A stretch of 64,000 nt of DNA, taken from a virus. Lineage: Duplodnaviria > Caudoviricetes. Below the pieces are notes generated by a model, which was not told where the DNA came from, made no database searches, and saw nothing but the letters and a program-made list of their open reading frames with translations. The stretch is from positions 93,624 through 157,623 of the IMG/VR virus record IMGVR_UViG_3300033076_001354; one strand, written 5' to 3'. This document shows, one piece after another, positions 39,072-48,638 of this stretch (its first letter is position 1; each line of letters opens with the position of its first letter). Position numbers and translations under genes: made by a program.

Positions 39072-39835
39072 AATATAAGTCGGTCTTTGTGTCCGACATC
39101 CACCTAGGAACTCGTATGTCGCAGGCAGATGAGTTCCTTGACTTTATGAAGACGTTTGACTGCGACAACCTATACTTAGTGGGTGACATCGTCGACGGTT
39201 GGGCCATGAACAACGGATTCTATTGGCCGCAGTCACACAACGACGTGGTTCAAAAGATACTCAGGCGCGCCCGCAAGGGGACAAACGTCTTTTACATTCC
39301 AGGAAATCACGACGAGTTTCTACGCGGATTCTGTGACCATCAGTTCGGCAGCATCACCCTATGCGACCAGATTATACACGTCGGTCTAGATGGAAAGAAG
39401 TACTTGGTGATCCATGGCGACCAGTTCGATGTCGTTATAAACCACGCGAAGTGGCTGTCGCACCTAGGGTCGTGGGCCTACGACTTTAGCATAATCTTCA
39501 ACGTCTTTGTAAATAAGCTTAGGTCGCGACTCAACCTAAGACCATGGTCGCTCAGCGCGTGGCTAAAGTATAAGGTAAAGAAAGCCGTTAACTTTATAGG
39601 TAGCTATGAAAAAACTCTATCAGAATATGCGGGTAGTTTACGCGTTGACGGTATTATTTGTGGTCATATCCACCATGCTAATCAAAGAGATGTTATGGGC
39701 ACTGCGTACCTCAACTGCGGCGATTGGGTCGAGACTTGCTCGGCGATTGTCGAACACATGAACGGGAACTTTGAAGTGATCTTCTGGAAAAAGCCTAATC
39801 TTTTCAATGGGTTAGAAGATGAAAATAACGGTTGA
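39032..39835 (+). CDS. Metallophosphoesterase, UDP-2,3-diacylglucosamine hydrolase (LpxH)-like
   Basis: SDIHLG, GDIVD, GNHD, HGD, GHIH, N.GDWVE. Confidence 0.85.
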   Translation: MEPSDEVHDREPIKYKSVFVSDIHLGTRMSQADEFLDFMKTFDCDNLYLVGDIVDGWAMNNGFYWPQSHNDVVQKILRRARKGTNVFYIPGNHDEFLRGFCDHQFGSITLCDQIIHVGLDGKKYLVIHGDQFDVVINHAKWLSHLGSWAYDFSIIFNVFVNKLRSRLNLRPWSLSAWLKYKVKKAVNFIGSYEKTLSEYAGSLRVDGIICGHIHHANQRDVMGTAYLNCGDWVETCSAIVEHMNGNFEVIFWKKPNLFNGLEDENNG

Positions 39836-39871
39836 CAATTCTTAAGAAATATAATAAGGTCTAGATAATGG
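39802..39871 (+). promoter_or_regulatory. Early promoter cassette, copy 2
   Basis: TTTCAATGGGTTA (39802); AAAATAACGG then TTGACA(39832)-17-TAAGGT-CTAGATAATGG. Confidence 0.8.
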
Positions 39872-39884
39872 ATCGGAGAATGAC

Positions 39885-40178
39885 ATGTTAAAGAAATCAA
39901 TCATAGCCATCGCGCTTCTGGCTTCTACGCCGGCCTTAGCTGACTGGAACGGCCACCACGGGTACCGTATACAACAAAGGCACTACAATCACGGCGGAGG
40001 CGGTGGTGACGTAGGAGCCGCTTTGTTCGGTGGACTCATCGGTGGCATGATCTTGAACCAGATGATGCAGCCCCCGCGCCAGCAGTACTACTATCAACCC
40101 GTTTGTCAGACCGTTTTCTTAGGTAAAGTCTGGAACGGTTGGACTTGGGTCGAGCAGTACCAACAGATCTGCAACTGA
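39885..40178 (+). CDS. Secreted Gly-rich small protein
   Basis: Signal peptide MLKKSIIAIALLASTPALA; GGLIGG glycine-zipper-like segment; two C-terminal Cys. Confidence 0.7.
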   Translation: MLKKSIIAIALLASTPALADWNGHHGYRIQQRHYNHGGGGGDVGAALFGGLIGGMILNQMMQPPRQQYYYQPVCQTVFLGKVWNGWTWVEQYQQICN

Positions 40179-41251
40179 TGCTCAGCGTACATCAGGAGTG
40201 GGATCCACTCAAAGTCTGTGTAGTAGGTAAGAACTACCCGCCTGAATTCTACTCGTTCATGAAGAACTCAAAGATGAGAAATCTCTTTGAGAAGATTGCG
40301 CGTGAGACCGAAGAAGACTACCAGTCGCTCATTAAGATCCTTGAGTCGTTCAACGTCGAAGTGCTGAGGCCGGACGTACCTGACGTCGTTCCCCAAGAAT
40401 ACATAGATCAGAACTTACCAATCCCAGCCCCAGTCAGCTCGATCCCACGCGATCAGATGATAATGATTGGCGACACGTTCTTCCTGTTCCCGTACTTCAG
40501 GGTGAACCAGAAAGTCAACTGGCGATACGAAGACCAGCGCCAGTTCAAGAACTTCGACGTGTGCTGGCAGGGGATATTAGAATACGTCGCGTCTAAGGGA
40601 AACAAAGTCGTCAACCGACAGGATGATGAGGACTTGGCTTGGATCAAAGTCAACGGAATCTATAGGATCGGTAAAGACCTCTTCTTTGGATCGAAGGGTG
40701 AGATGTCAGACTGGCGAATCATCGACGCCATCGACATCATGCGAAACACGTATCTCCAAGACTACAACACCCACACGGTCACCACGGGCGGGCACATCGA
40801 CGGCGTCTTTAGTCCACTAAAGCCGGGACTGATATTTAGTGCGTACGACGCAGAGACTTACGAGCACACGTTCCCAGACTGGGAGGTCGTCTACTTCGAG
40901 CAGAACCGAATGAACTCGCTCGGTGAGTGGATGTACCTGAAGGAGAAGAACAACGGTAAGTGGTTCATTTCCGGTGTTGCAGACGACGACGAGATCATCG
41001 AGTACGTGGAGCACTGGCTTGAAGACTGGCTGGGATACGTGGAGGAGACGATCTTCGACGTGAACGTCCTTATGATCGACGAAAAGAACGTAGTCGTGTC
41101 GTCCTACAACGAGAAAGCTTTCAAGGCACTGGAGAGGAACGGGATCACACCCCACATATCGCCCATGAGACACCGGTTCTTCTGGGACGGGGGAGCCCAT
41201 TGTGTGACGGCCGAGCTCCATCGGGAGGGCACCAGACAGTCATTTTTCTAG
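40178..41251 (+). CDS. Amidinotransferase (pentein superfamily), paralogue 1
   Basis: 'EWDPLK..VVG', PRD, GGHIDG, 'KPGL', 'GGAHC.T'. Confidence 0.85.
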   Translation: MLSVHQEWDPLKVCVVGKNYPPEFYSFMKNSKMRNLFEKIARETEEDYQSLIKILESFNVEVLRPDVPDVVPQEYIDQNLPIPAPVSSIPRDQMIMIGDTFFLFPYFRVNQKVNWRYEDQRQFKNFDVCWQGILEYVASKGNKVVNRQDDEDLAWIKVNGIYRIGKDLFFGSKGEMSDWRIIDAIDIMRNTYLQDYNTHTVTTGGHIDGVFSPLKPGLIFSAYDAETYEHTFPDWEVVYFEQNRMNSLGEWMYLKEKNNGKWFISGVADDDEIIEYVEHWLEDWLGYVEETIFDVNVLMIDEKNVVVSSYNEKAFKALERNGITPHISPMRHRFFWDGGAHCVTAELHREGTRQSFF

Positions 41252-41280
41252 GGTTTTGGGCTTCCAGAAAAACTGAATCT

Positions 41281-41420
41281 TTTCAATGGCTTAGGAACTT
41301 CCTCCTAAGCCATTGTTTTTATTACATAATTTTTTTTCTTATTTTTATCACTTTTTTATTGACATTTCTGTAGAACTTTGATAAGATCTAGATAATGGCA
41401 ATAGGGAATCAAACGATGAA
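41281..41420 (+). promoter_or_regulatory. Early promoter cassette, copy 3, with inverted pair of IHF-like sites
   Basis: CAATGGCTTAGGA / TCCTAAGCCATTG inverted repeat; TTGACA(41359)-17-TAAGAT-CTAGATAATGGCAATAGGGAATCA. Confidence 0.8.
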
Positions 41421-41622
41421 TATAACTCAAGCAGCCCAGATTATAGATCAAGTTCGCGCTGAGAACGGCTTCGGTCTCCTCGAGATGTTGGAGATCATGA
41501 CCGACGAGTATCATTCGGGTGGCCTTGGATACTTTCGTGAAACATACACCCACGAAGAACGTACGGCCTATCTTATTCTTATGAACGGCTTCCGTGAATT
41601 CTTTGGTGAAAATAACGGTTGA
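41416..41622 (+). CDS. Small early hypothetical protein
   Basis: AGGGA SD then ATG after the early promoter. Confidence 0.65.
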   Translation: MNITQAAQIIDQVRAENGFGLLEMLEIMTDEYHSGGLGYFRETYTHEERTAYLILMNGFREFFGENNG

Positions 41623-41680
41623 CATTTTTATCAAAACAGTATAAGATCTAGATAATGGCAATAGGGAATCAGACCATGAA
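41608..41680 (+). promoter_or_regulatory. Early promoter cassette, copy 4
   Basis: AAAATAACGG-TTGACA(41619)-17-TAAGAT-CTAGATAATGGCAATAGGGAATCA; direct repeat of copy 3. Confidence 0.8.
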
Positions 41681-41948
41681 CAAAGACTTCGCTTCAGCAA
41701 TCTCATACATCCTCACTTCAGCCTCGAACGACGAACTGAGCTCAATCTATGAAGCCATCGTCAATCGTCGTCAGTCACTCTCGCGCACTGCCCGTGTCAA
41801 GTTCATGTCGGGCGACAAAGTAAAGTTCTCATCCCGCGGGGTGGACTACTCGGGCGTTATCAAAGATGTCAAGATCAAGAAAGCTTCTGTTAAGATGACG
41901 AACGGTCAAACTTACTTGGTCCCCCTCAACATGTTGGAGGCAGCATGA
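41676..41948 (+). CDS. Small early protein with SH3/KOW-like C-terminus
   Basis: 'F..GDKV.F...G....GVI'. Confidence 0.65.
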   Translation: MNKDFASAISYILTSASNDELSSIYEAIVNRRQSLSRTARVKFMSGDKVKFSSRGVDYSGVIKDVKIKKASVKMTNGQTYLVPLNMLEAA

Positions 41949-42136
41949 AGTACTACGTCCTCACCTTCCACGCAGTTAAAAACGATGGATCATACGGACC
42001 CATGTACGGTAAGCCAATGATCTTTGTCACTCGCGAAGACGCAATCGAATACGGCCGTCACCGCGTAGACTACAGCAGAACTGACTTCAAAGTAAACGAA
42101 ACTATCGTCACCAGACACGTAGTAGGAACAAAATAA
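41945..42136 (+). CDS. Small hypothetical protein
   Basis: GGAGG SD; coupled. Confidence 0.6.
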   Translation: MKYYVLTFHAVKNDGSYGPMYGKPMIFVTREDAIEYGRHRVDYSRTDFKVNETIVTRHVVGTK

Positions 42137-43083
42137 TGGCACACTTAGTAGAAACTATGGCATACGCAGGCGAGACACCTTGGCACGGCTTAGGCGTCCC
42201 AGTACACAACGACCTCACACCGGCCCAGATGCTTGAGAAAGCGGGACTCGACTGGACCGTCGAGAAGGTTCCAACATTCTGTGAGTTCAAGGACGAGCTC
42301 ATCCCAACGGACGACTACGCTCTCATTCGCTCGAGCGACAGCAAGGTGCTGACGACGGTCTCGGGCGACTGGGAACCTATTCAGAACCACGAAGCCTTTG
42401 AGTTCTTCAACGACTTCGTCATGGCCGGAGACATGGAGATGCACACGGCGGGTTCGCTCGACGGTGGTCGAAGCGTCTGGGCTCTGGCGAAGATCAAGGA
42501 GTCTTTCGAGATCGTCGGCGGCGATCGAGTCGAACCCTACCTCCTTTTCTCCAACCCGCACACCTACGGCAAGTGCGTCGACATTAGGTTCACGGGCATT
42601 CGAGTGGTGTGCAACAATACACTCACCGTAGCCCTCAACGGCACTACCGACATGATGGTACGCCTGAACCACCGCAACAAGTTCGACGCCGAGTCGGTCA
42701 AGCACACGATGGGCATGGCCAGCAAACGGATGGGCACATACGTCGACGTGGCTAAGTACCTCACGACCAAGCGCATCACCGACGACACGGTAAAGAACTA
42801 CTTCCGCACGGTGTTCCCATCGATGGTCAAGGACGACACCGACTACCTCGATCGCCCGCTCTCGCGTCCGGCATCTATGGCGCTCGAGGTTCTCGAGACT
42901 CAGCCGGGAGCCGAGTTCGGCAAGGGTACTTGGTGGCAGGCTTTCAACGCGGTCACCTATACGACCGACCACCTGCTCGGACACTCGGCCGACTCACGGC
43001 TCAAGTCGGCTTGGTACGGACAGAATCGCCAGCGCAAGATCAAGGCGCTTGAAACAGCAGTAGAATTCGCGGAGGCAGCATAA
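42136..43083 (+). CDS. DUF932-family phage/plasmid protein
   Basis: 'MAYAGETPWHGLG', 'AGLDW.V', 'QN.EAF.F', 'TAGSL.GG', 'RVVCNNTL', 'W.AFNAVT'. Confidence 0.88.
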   Translation: MAHLVETMAYAGETPWHGLGVPVHNDLTPAQMLEKAGLDWTVEKVPTFCEFKDELIPTDDYALIRSSDSKVLTTVSGDWEPIQNHEAFEFFNDFVMAGDMEMHTAGSLDGGRSVWALAKIKESFEIVGGDRVEPYLLFSNPHTYGKCVDIRFTGIRVVCNNTLTVALNGTTDMMVRLNHRNKFDAESVKHTMGMASKRMGTYVDVAKYLTTKRITDDTVKNYFRTVFPSMVKDDTDYLDRPLSRPASMALEVLETQPGAEFGKGTWWQAFNAVTYTTDHLLGHSADSRLKSAWYGQNRQRKIKALETAVEFAEAA

Positions 43084-43313
43084 TGGCTAAGATCACTTTA
43101 ACAGACGGCACCCTTGATGTAAAGAAGACGATCATTGAGAACGTCGTTCTTCCAGCGCTCTTCTACATACCCATCGTGGTCATCGCGGTGACGGTCTGGA
43201 ACGCATATCAAAAGAACGAGGGATTGAAAGAAGCGTGTTCGACCCTCGGCGGCGTGTACATCGACAACAACACCTGCATCGCCGGCAAAAATCTATTCGT
43301 GGGGAAACAATGA
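43083..43313 (+). CDS. Small membrane protein
   Basis: One TM helix then 'AC...GG.Y....C'. Confidence 0.6.
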   Translation: MAKITLTDGTLDVKKTIIENVVLPALFYIPIVVIAVTVWNAYQKNEGLKEACSTLGGVYIDNNTCIAGKNLFVGKQ

Positions 43314-43696
43314 ACAACCTATCCCTCATCATCTACTTTGCCGAGGTCGTACATGGCCTCGGCGGATTTATCGCGCTGCTTATACTATTGGCCGCCGTCG
43401 TGTCGGTCGTTGCCGGTATAGGATTCTTTGTTACTTACGATGAAGAGTACCAAGAGAAGCTTAATCAGAACACGAGGAAAGCCTTGAAAGTCTCCATCCC
43501 CACTCTGCTCGCTCTGGCGTTTATAATGATCTTTCTACCGAGCAAGAACACGATCATGATGATCGCGGCCTCTGAGTACGGGGAGACGGCTCTCAAGTCG
43601 AACGACGTGCAGGAGATCGTTAACCCTGCCAAGAAGATCTTAAAAAACTGGATCGAGCAGCAGCTCGTTGAGTCTGAAAAGAAAAAGTCACAATAA
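43310..43696 (+). CDS. Membrane protein
   Basis: Two TM segments and 'PSKNT..MIAAS..GE'. Confidence 0.65.
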   Translation: MNNLSLIIYFAEVVHGLGGFIALLILLAAVVSVVAGIGFFVTYDEEYQEKLNQNTRKALKVSIPTLLALAFIMIFLPSKNTIMMIAASEYGETALKSNDVQEIVNPAKKILKNWIEQQLVESEKKKSQ

Positions 43697-43713
43697 ATAG
43701 GAACATGGAGTGA

Positions 43714-43953
43714 ATGATGCCTAAAGTTACAGTAGAACTTGAATATGAACAGATCGACGCGATCACGCTCAACGAGCTCAAGTCTTGCTACGAACAGCTC
43801 GTCAAAGACTGGGAAAACAACGTTCGAGTATACGACGATCCCGACGATCACTGGAACCTGATGGTCGGCTTCGAGCGGGTCATCGAGTACTTCATGGTGC
43901 ACACTGAGTTCGACAGCTACATGGCTTCTTTCCCACTCCGCAAAAGGGATTAA
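43714..43953 (+). CDS. Hypothetical protein
   Basis: GGAG SD; 79 aa. Confidence 0.55.
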   Translation: MMPKVTVELEYEQIDAITLNELKSCYEQLVKDWENNVRVYDDPDDHWNLMVGFERVIEYFMVHTEFDSYMASFPLRKRD

Positions 43954-44616
43954 ATGAAGCCAGTCGTTTCGGTCTACCACAACCACCCCTATTGTTCGAC
44001 CGACTCGGCTCTGGGCGTCGCCAACGCCCTGCAGGAAGAATACGACGTTAAGTTCTTTACGAACGACGACTTCGACTTAGCCCTGCGGCGATCGGCGATG
44101 ATCGTATTTCCCGGTGGGATAGGCGACGCCGATCACTTCGACAAGATCCTTGGCGACAAGGTTGAGAAGGTCAACCGGTACGTCGAGAACGGTGGAAAGT
44201 ACTTAGGCATCTGCATGGGTGCGTACTGGGCAGACCATCGGTACTTCGGCGTACTCAAAGACTTGGAGTGCAACCAATTCATTAAACAGGCTAACACCGA
44301 GACGACCAGATCATACGGTACGGTCGTCGACGTTATTTGGTATTCAATACGTGAACCGTTGAAGATGTACTTCTACGACGGGTGTGTGATCGAGGGAACG
44401 GGCAGGTGTGAGATCGTCGCGAAGTACGCGTCTAATCACAACTGGGCAGCGGTCATACAGGGAAACGTTGGTGTGATAGGAATGCACCCAGAAGCTACGA
44501 AGCACTGGTTCACGTATAAGACCCATAAGTACATGAAGTCTCTGTGGCATGAGGGAGAACACCACAACCTGCTAGCAGACGTGGTGACCCGAATGATAAA
44601 CGACAGAAACTGCTAG
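43954..44616 (+). CDS. Class I glutamine amidotransferase-like protein (BPL_N-like)
   Basis: 'VFPGG', nucleophile elbow 'YLGICMGAY', 'HPE'. Confidence 0.8.
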   Translation: MKPVVSVYHNHPYCSTDSALGVANALQEEYDVKFFTNDDFDLALRRSAMIVFPGGIGDADHFDKILGDKVEKVNRYVENGGKYLGICMGAYWADHRYFGVLKDLECNQFIKQANTETTRSYGTVVDVIWYSIREPLKMYFYDGCVIEGTGRCEIVAKYASNHNWAAVIQGNVGVIGMHPEATKHWFTYKTHKYMKSLWHEGEHHNLLADVVTRMINDRNC

Positions 44617-44690
44617 GACGGGTAGCTTAAAGGTGAAGCCGGCCGCTCATAACGGTCTAAGTGTAGGTTCGAGTCCTACCCTGTCCACCA
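44616..44690 (+). tRNA. tRNA-Ile2 (CAT, lysidine type) or tRNA-Met(CAT)
   Basis: Cloverleaf; anticodon arm GGCCG-CTCATAA-CGGTC resembles bacterial Ile2; TTCGA T-loop; encoded CCA. Confidence 0.88.
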
Positions 44691-44698
44691 TTTTTTTA

Positions 44699-44727
44699 TT
44701 GACAAACATCGCACACTACGGTATAAT
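44699..44727 (+). promoter_or_regulatory. Consensus sigma70 promoter
   Basis: TTGACA-17-TATAAT. Confidence 0.85.
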
Positions 44728-44759
44728 GGAATATATAGTCTACAACATGGAGATACAAG

Positions 44760-44957
44760 ATGTCTATCTATCCCGCTTCTTACAAGTACGTAGTAGAGTT
44801 CGAGAAGTTCTTCAGCAAGGGTAACTTGAAGTCTTTGACCATCAAGGATCGACTACACTTCGCATCCGAGCGAGACGCGAAGGACTGGGTAGACGCCGTC
44901 AGCAAGCTCAACCGCGACGGCAAGTTTTTCAACTTCAAAGTGAGGACAGCAGCATGA
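44760..44957 (+). CDS. Hypothetical protein
   Basis: GGAG SD; downstream of a consensus promoter. Confidence 0.65.
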   Translation: MSIYPASYKYVVEFEKFFSKGNLKSLTIKDRLHFASERDAKDWVDAVSKLNRDGKFFNFKVRTAA

Positions 44958-45157
44958 AGTTCTATGAGTATATGACCTACACCATCATCGCGTTCATTGT
45001 TTTTGATGTAGTCTATCGACTGCTTACGTACGACTGGACACACGTCAGTATGGGTATCACAGCCCTCGTCGGTTGGTTCTACGTACTTGGATACGAGAGG
45101 CAGGAGCGCCAAGAGCGTATGCAACGTGAATCGCGTCAGGATCAGTTCACAGTATAA
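44954..45157 (+). CDS. Small membrane protein
   Basis: Two hydrophobic segments; coupled. Confidence 0.55.
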   Translation: MKFYEYMTYTIIAFIVFDVVYRLLTYDWTHVSMGITALVGWFYVLGYERQERQERMQRESRQDQFTV

Positions 45158-46215
45158 TGTTCAAATACGAAGACATACGCGTAGTACACCTCGAGATAAC
45201 CGGTAAGTGTCAAGCCGGTTGCTCGATGTGCGCTAGGAACGAAGAGACGCACAGCGACATCCTTATCGATCCGACCACGGCCGAGTTGAGTTACGAAGAC
45301 TGCGTTAAGATCTTTCCAAAAGATCTAATCAAGCAGCTCAGCGGCATGTACATGTGCGGCAACTACGGCGATCCCATCATAGCCAAAGACACGCTCGAGG
45401 TGTTTGAGTACTTCAGGTACGCGAACTACAACATGGAGCTGAATATGTACACCAACGGCGGTGCGCGTCCGGCGTCTTGGTGGAAAGATTTAGCTGGAAT
45501 CCTTATACATGGAAAAGGAAGAGTAACTTTTGGGATCGATGGTCTCGAGGATACTAATCACCTATACAGGGAGAACGTGCGCTGGGAAAACGTAATGTCT
45601 TCGGCTAGGGCTTTCATCGAAGCCGGAGGCGAAGCGCGATGGCACTTCTTAGTTTTTAAGCACAACGAACACCAAGTCGATGAAGCCCGTGAGTTTGCTA
45701 GAAAAATGGGCTTTAAGTCTTTCGTTCCAAAGAGGACGAGCCGCTGGCAGAACAAGACGACATACAAACATTTGGCCCAACCCGAGAAGAAAGAATACGT
45801 ACACCAAGTCAACGAGATCAGGGCAGAAGTCGTACGCATCTATGGATCTTATCCTGAGTTTCTAAATAAGACGCAGATTAGCTGCAGGGTTCAGAAAGAA
45901 CGCGGCATATACATCAGCGCCGAGGGTCTGCTCGTCCCGTGTTGTTGGCTCGGAGGAAGCGCCCTGTACAACTCCGAGCTACCTTCATATAAAGAAGGTG
46001 AGCTGTTCAGACACATGAATGGCGACAAAAGCAACATCGACACTAAAGTTCATGGTATAGATGGCGTATTAAAGAAAGGATTCTTTGATCGCATAGAAAA
46101 GTCGTGGAGTTTGAGCTCCACGACAGATGGTAGGCTTAAGACCTGCGCCAAGACGTGCTCCGTAGATCACAACAACTTTGGCGATCAATTCATGAAGAAT
46201 TACTTACTTACGTAA
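45157..46215 (+). CDS. Radical SAM protein with C-terminal SPASM/twitch-like domain
   Basis: CQAGCSMC (CX3CX2C), GN.GDP, TNG, IDG; C-terminal 'G...PCC' and 'CAKTC'. Confidence 0.88.
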   Translation: MFKYEDIRVVHLEITGKCQAGCSMCARNEETHSDILIDPTTAELSYEDCVKIFPKDLIKQLSGMYMCGNYGDPIIAKDTLEVFEYFRYANYNMELNMYTNGGARPASWWKDLAGILIHGKGRVTFGIDGLEDTNHLYRENVRWENVMSSARAFIEAGGEARWHFLVFKHNEHQVDEAREFARKMGFKSFVPKRTSRWQNKTTYKHLAQPEKKEYVHQVNEIRAEVVRIYGSYPEFLNKTQISCRVQKERGIYISAEGLLVPCCWLGGSALYNSELPSYKEGELFRHMNGDKSNIDTKVHGIDGVLKKGFFDRIEKSWSLSSTTDGRLKTCAKTCSVDHNNFGDQFMKNYLLT

Positions 46216-46520
46216 GCGTTGGCGCCAAAGAACGTAGCCACGACGCCGGCTTGGGCGAGGTAGAACATCTGAAGAACCGCACCGAGCGCATTGAGCTTAT
46301 CGATCGATACGATCGGTGAGAAGAGTATACCGGTGAAGAGCACCATGCTTCCCATGGCCATCCAAGCCATCTGGCGAAGCTGGTCTTCCTTCTTATCTTT
46401 ATTCTCAAACTCAATCATGTGTTCCATCTTCTGCATCTCGGCGTCGTCTACCACACCGTCCCCGTCTATGTCATACTTATTGTACTTTGAATCTTTCTGA
46501 AGTGATTTGCTGTCAGCCAT
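46200..46520 (-). CDS. EF-hand-like + two-TM membrane protein (holin-like candidate)
   Basis: DIDGDGVVDDAE loop; two C-terminal TM helices. Confidence 0.6.
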   Translation of the reverse strand: MADSKSLQKDSKYNKYDIDGDGVVDDAEMQKMEHMIEFENKDKKEDQLRQMAWMAMGSMVLFTGILFSPIVSIDKLNALGAVLQMFYLAQAGVVATFFGANAYVSK

Positions 46521-46521
46521 T

Positions 46522-46806
46522 TCAGTGTCCTTTTGATTTTATCATTGCCGTTAAGTTGTTGATCAACTCATTACCAAAGCCAATCGATCCGGTGATCATA
46601 CCGGCAAATGCTAAAGCAATAACAATCATAGTCAGACATATCAACCAGACGCTCGAGGTGCCGAGGTTGTCCTCAATCTCGATGATCCGTTCTTTCAAAA
46701 TATCAAGCTGCTCCTTAGGGTGGCCGGCCGCTCTCTCGTACTGTTGAAGCCAAGGGTGCGCGGACACTTCATCCGAGAGATTCTCAGATTTCTTTTTCTT
46801 TTTCAT
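46522..46806 (-). CDS. Membrane protein
   Basis: Basic N-terminus, coiled segment, one TM; overlaps the upstream gene stop. Confidence 0.5.
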   Translation of the reverse strand: MKKKKKSENLSDEVSAHPWLQQYERAAGHPKEQLDILKERIIEIEDNLGTSSVWLICLTMIVIALAFAGMITGSIGFGNELINNLTAMIKSKGH

Positions 46807-47237
46807 AGAAACTTAAACGCAACAAATAGACCGCCGCCGACCAGCGCGATGATGAAGACGATGGCGACGATGATCCATACGGCTTCCCAGAACTCTTCTT
46901 TCTTACGCTCTTCTTCGCGCCTGAGACGCTCGGCCTCTTTAGCGGCTTCAACCTTCGCCTTGTAGTACGCTTCGCGTTGAGCTTTGCTCATCTTCATCAG
47001 CGCGGCTTTTTCTTGCTCAGCCGCTATCTCACGCATCGCCTGCTCGCGAAGCGTGTTGTTCATGCGAACTACTTGATTGTTGATCTCGGTGACTTTGTTT
47101 CGGGCGGCGATCTTGGAGTTGTTTTCAGCCTTTATTCTTTTTGAATCGCGAACAGTATCAACGATCCCAAAGATAGAGTCGCTGAGCCCTTTACCTATCG
47201 AGTTGCCAAACTTCGCGGCTGACTTTGGATCCATCAT
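46803..47237 (-). CDS. Coiled-coil protein with C-terminal TM anchor
   Basis: AAGGA SD; long charged helix plus C-terminal TM. Confidence 0.65.
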   Translation of the reverse strand: MMDPKSAAKFGNSIGKGLSDSIFGIVDTVRDSKRIKAENNSKIAARNKVTEINNQVVRMNNTLREQAMREIAAEQEKAALMKMSKAQREAYYKAKVEAAKEAERLRREEERKKEEFWEAVWIIVAIVFIIALVGGGLFVAFKFL

Positions 47238-47450
47238 GTTTCTTTTCCTTTAGTAAATTACGAAACATGGTGTAGGCGATCAATTCTTATCTGTCTTATA
47301 TTTATCTAGATTAGCTACCCTTTTAGTCAACAGGACTAATCGACCACGGGCGTCGTAGACGCTGTAGTATCGCGTACCGTTGCTGTAGTGGGACATACGA
47401 ATCTTGTACATCTGATATATAATCTTAGTATTATATTTATGGAAACTATC

Positions 47451-48638
47451 ATGAAAGTCAATAGTTGGGATGAGTTTCAACCCCTGCGTGAACTAGTGCT
47501 TGGGAGCTTCTACGACAGGAGCTTCTTTGAGGACATCAGGAATCCTAGGATCCGCGACGTCTTGGTGCAGATCGCCGATGAGACTCAAGAAGACCTCGAG
47601 AACTTTAAAGAGAAGCTCAAGTCGCACAACGTCAACGTCGTGCAGTACACTCCCGAGGAGCTCGGTTACAAGGAAAGCATCCTCGACTACGTAGACATAT
47701 ACGGCCGCCTCAGTCTGCAAGACTCAAACAAGCACAGCTACCCGCTCAAAGCGAACATGCTTCCGGCTCCTCCTCTTGAACCTCGCGACAACATAATCGT
47801 AATGGGAGACAAGATATTCGTCAGTGATCCTACGTACGCTTCTAAGAAGATCTCTGAGAAGTTGAAAGAGACTTACGGTGCCGACAGCGTCGATGACTCG
47901 CTCAATGATGAGACGACGCGCTTCAGGCGTGGTAGAGACTACATACAAGCAAAGCTCAGGCGTACCATGGATCACTCTCTGGTGGATCGCATGACTGACG
48001 AAGAAATCGACAAGCACGCTTCAAGCACGATGCTTACTGGATTCTGCAGTCCAAACTTAACTCGCATAGGGTCAAAGTGTTTGGTCGACATCGCTCAAAC
48101 CGAAGACGCCGTTCCATATCTCGAGAAGAACTACCCTAAGTTTACCTATGATAGGTTGGATCTAGGCGGACATAACGACAGCATCTTTGGTGTGCTTAAG
48201 CCGGGACTCGTGATCGCGTCTAAATTCTTGGCAGAGTGTAAGCAGGAAAGCGTATTTGAAAAGTGGAAGGTGATCTACTTCGACGATCCGGTGTGGGATC
48301 GCGTCGGTAAATTTAAGAAGCTGCGCAGGAAGAACCTAGGCAAGTGGTGGGTTCCCGACCAAGAAGACAACGATGACTTCACATATTTTGTCGAGTACTT
48401 CCTTGAGAACTTAACGGGTCAAGTCGATGAGACGGTGTTCGACGTAAACGTGTTGGTGATTGACGACAAGCACGTGGTCGTTAACAGCGCAAGCAAAGAA
48501 CTTTTCAAAGTATTAAGAGAGAATGGTATGGAGCCGATTCACTGCCCAATCAGACATCGATTCTTCTTCGACGGTGGGTGGCACTGCTTGACTCTCGACA
48601 TCAACAGGAAGGGAACGCAGGTTGATTACGGAATTTAA
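47451..48638 (+). CDS. Amidinotransferase (pentein superfamily), paralogue 2
   Basis: 'EFQPLRELVLG', EPRD, GGHND, 'LKPGL', 'RHRFFFDGGWHC.T'; clearly related to 40178..41251. Confidence 0.85.
   Translation: MKVNSWDEFQPLRELVLGSFYDRSFFEDIRNPRIRDVLVQIADETQEDLENFKEKLKSHNVNVVQYTPEELGYKESILDYVDIYGRLSLQDSNKHSYPLKANMLPAPPLEPRDNIIVMGDKIFVSDPTYASKKISEKLKETYGADSVDDSLNDETTRFRRGRDYIQAKLRRTMDHSLVDRMTDEEIDKHASSTMLTGFCSPNLTRIGSKCLVDIAQTEDAVPYLEKNYPKFTYDRLDLGGHNDSIFGVLKPGLVIASKFLAECKQESVFEKWKVIYFDDPVWDRVGKFKKLRRKNLGKWWVPDQEDNDDFTYFVEYFLENLTGQVDETVFDVNVLVIDDKHVVVNSASKELFKVLRENGMEPIHCPIRHRFFFDGGWHCLTLDINRKGTQVDYGI

Noticed and set aside
41395-41415. ORF starts 'MAIGNQTM' at 41395 and 41655, and 'MANQTET' at 63525
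   Set aside because: These ATGs are part of the repeated promoter tail (CTAGATAATGG); SD-preceded downstream ATGs (41416, 41676, 63552) are the more likely starts.
41381-41680. CRISPR-like array from the repeated ~30-bp sequence
   Set aside because: Only two near copies, 260 bp apart, flanking a gene; they are promoter cassettes. No cas genes seen.
47280-47480. 66-aa minus-strand ORF
   Set aside because: Overlaps the divergent promoter region and the start of the amidinotransferase gene; a shorter version may be real but support is insufficient.
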